The position numbers and the translations under genes are program-made. Positions 63,730 to 64,000 of a stretch of 64,000 nucleotides of DNA are shown piece after piece. Origin of the DNA: the human T2T-CHM13v2.0 reference genome, Homo sapiens. Where the stretch lies: assembly GCF_009914755.1 (NCBI RefSeq), contig NC_060943.1; one strand, written 5' to 3'. The stretch's first letter is position 1. Each line of letters begins with the position of its first letter. The notes beneath the pieces are model-generated. The model was not told the DNA's origin. It was given only the letters and a program-made list of their open reading frames with translations, and did not search any database.

Positions 63730-63999
63730 TCATTGGAACTTGACTTCTGCATAATCCGCCTGGGTGCCCTTGGGCATCCGGGCCTCAGGCCTGGGTCTGA
63801 CGCCTGGGAAGTTGAGCGTGGCATAATGGAGCTCCTCTTGGCTCTCCTGGGATTCTGGGGCTTGAGTGGATGATTTGGGTTCTGGGAAACTGGGCAACTG
63901 ATACTGCTTTTTCTGGTTCTTCTTTGATTCTGGGGAGGGAGCACCTGGTGGAAGAGGGGTCCGAGGACTGTTTGGTGTGGCTTTCTGATTCCGCTTCTG
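63730..63999 (-). CDS. SIGLEC10: SIGLEC10 final coding exon (partial; cytoplasmic tail)
   Basis: Manual translation QKRNQKATPNSPRTP...ESQEELHYATLNFPGVRPRPEARMPKGTQADYAEVKFQ* with ITIM LHYATL and ITIM-like ADYAEV. This is a different frame from the ORF track entry. Confidence 0.93.
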   Translation of the reverse strand, partial: QKRNQKATPNSPRTPLPPGAPSPESKKNQKKQYQLPSFPEPKSSTQAPESQESQEELHYATLNFPGVRPRPEARMPKGTQADYAEVKFQ

Positions 64000-64000
64000 A

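Overview
Human (primate) genomic DNA, very Alu-dense, recognisable from spliced translations as chr19q13.41. All genes lie on the minus strand: ETFB exons 1-4 (plus the alternative 110-aa N-terminal extension of exon 2), CLDND2, NKG7, LIM2 (short and 42-aa-insert isoforms), C19orf84, a processed NIFK pseudogene and the last coding exon of SIGLEC10. The best novelty candidate is an apparently decayed fourth member of the LIM2/NKG7/CLDND2 (PMP22/claudin) tetraspan cluster between NKG7 and LIM2 (~25987-28685). Three of its four exons can be rebuilt, with the family motifs, phase-1 splice junctions and several inactivating lesions. Other notable items: a four-level nested insertion (NIFK retrocopy > Alu > HERV-K provirus > Alu); a provirus with scrambled, duplicated pol fragments (two integrase tails); an MER41 LTR positioned to supply the SIGLEC10 poly(A) signal; 37-bp MSR1-type minisatellite arrays; and an orphan CpG promoter. 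Gene and repeat family names come from recalled sequence recognition, not database searches.
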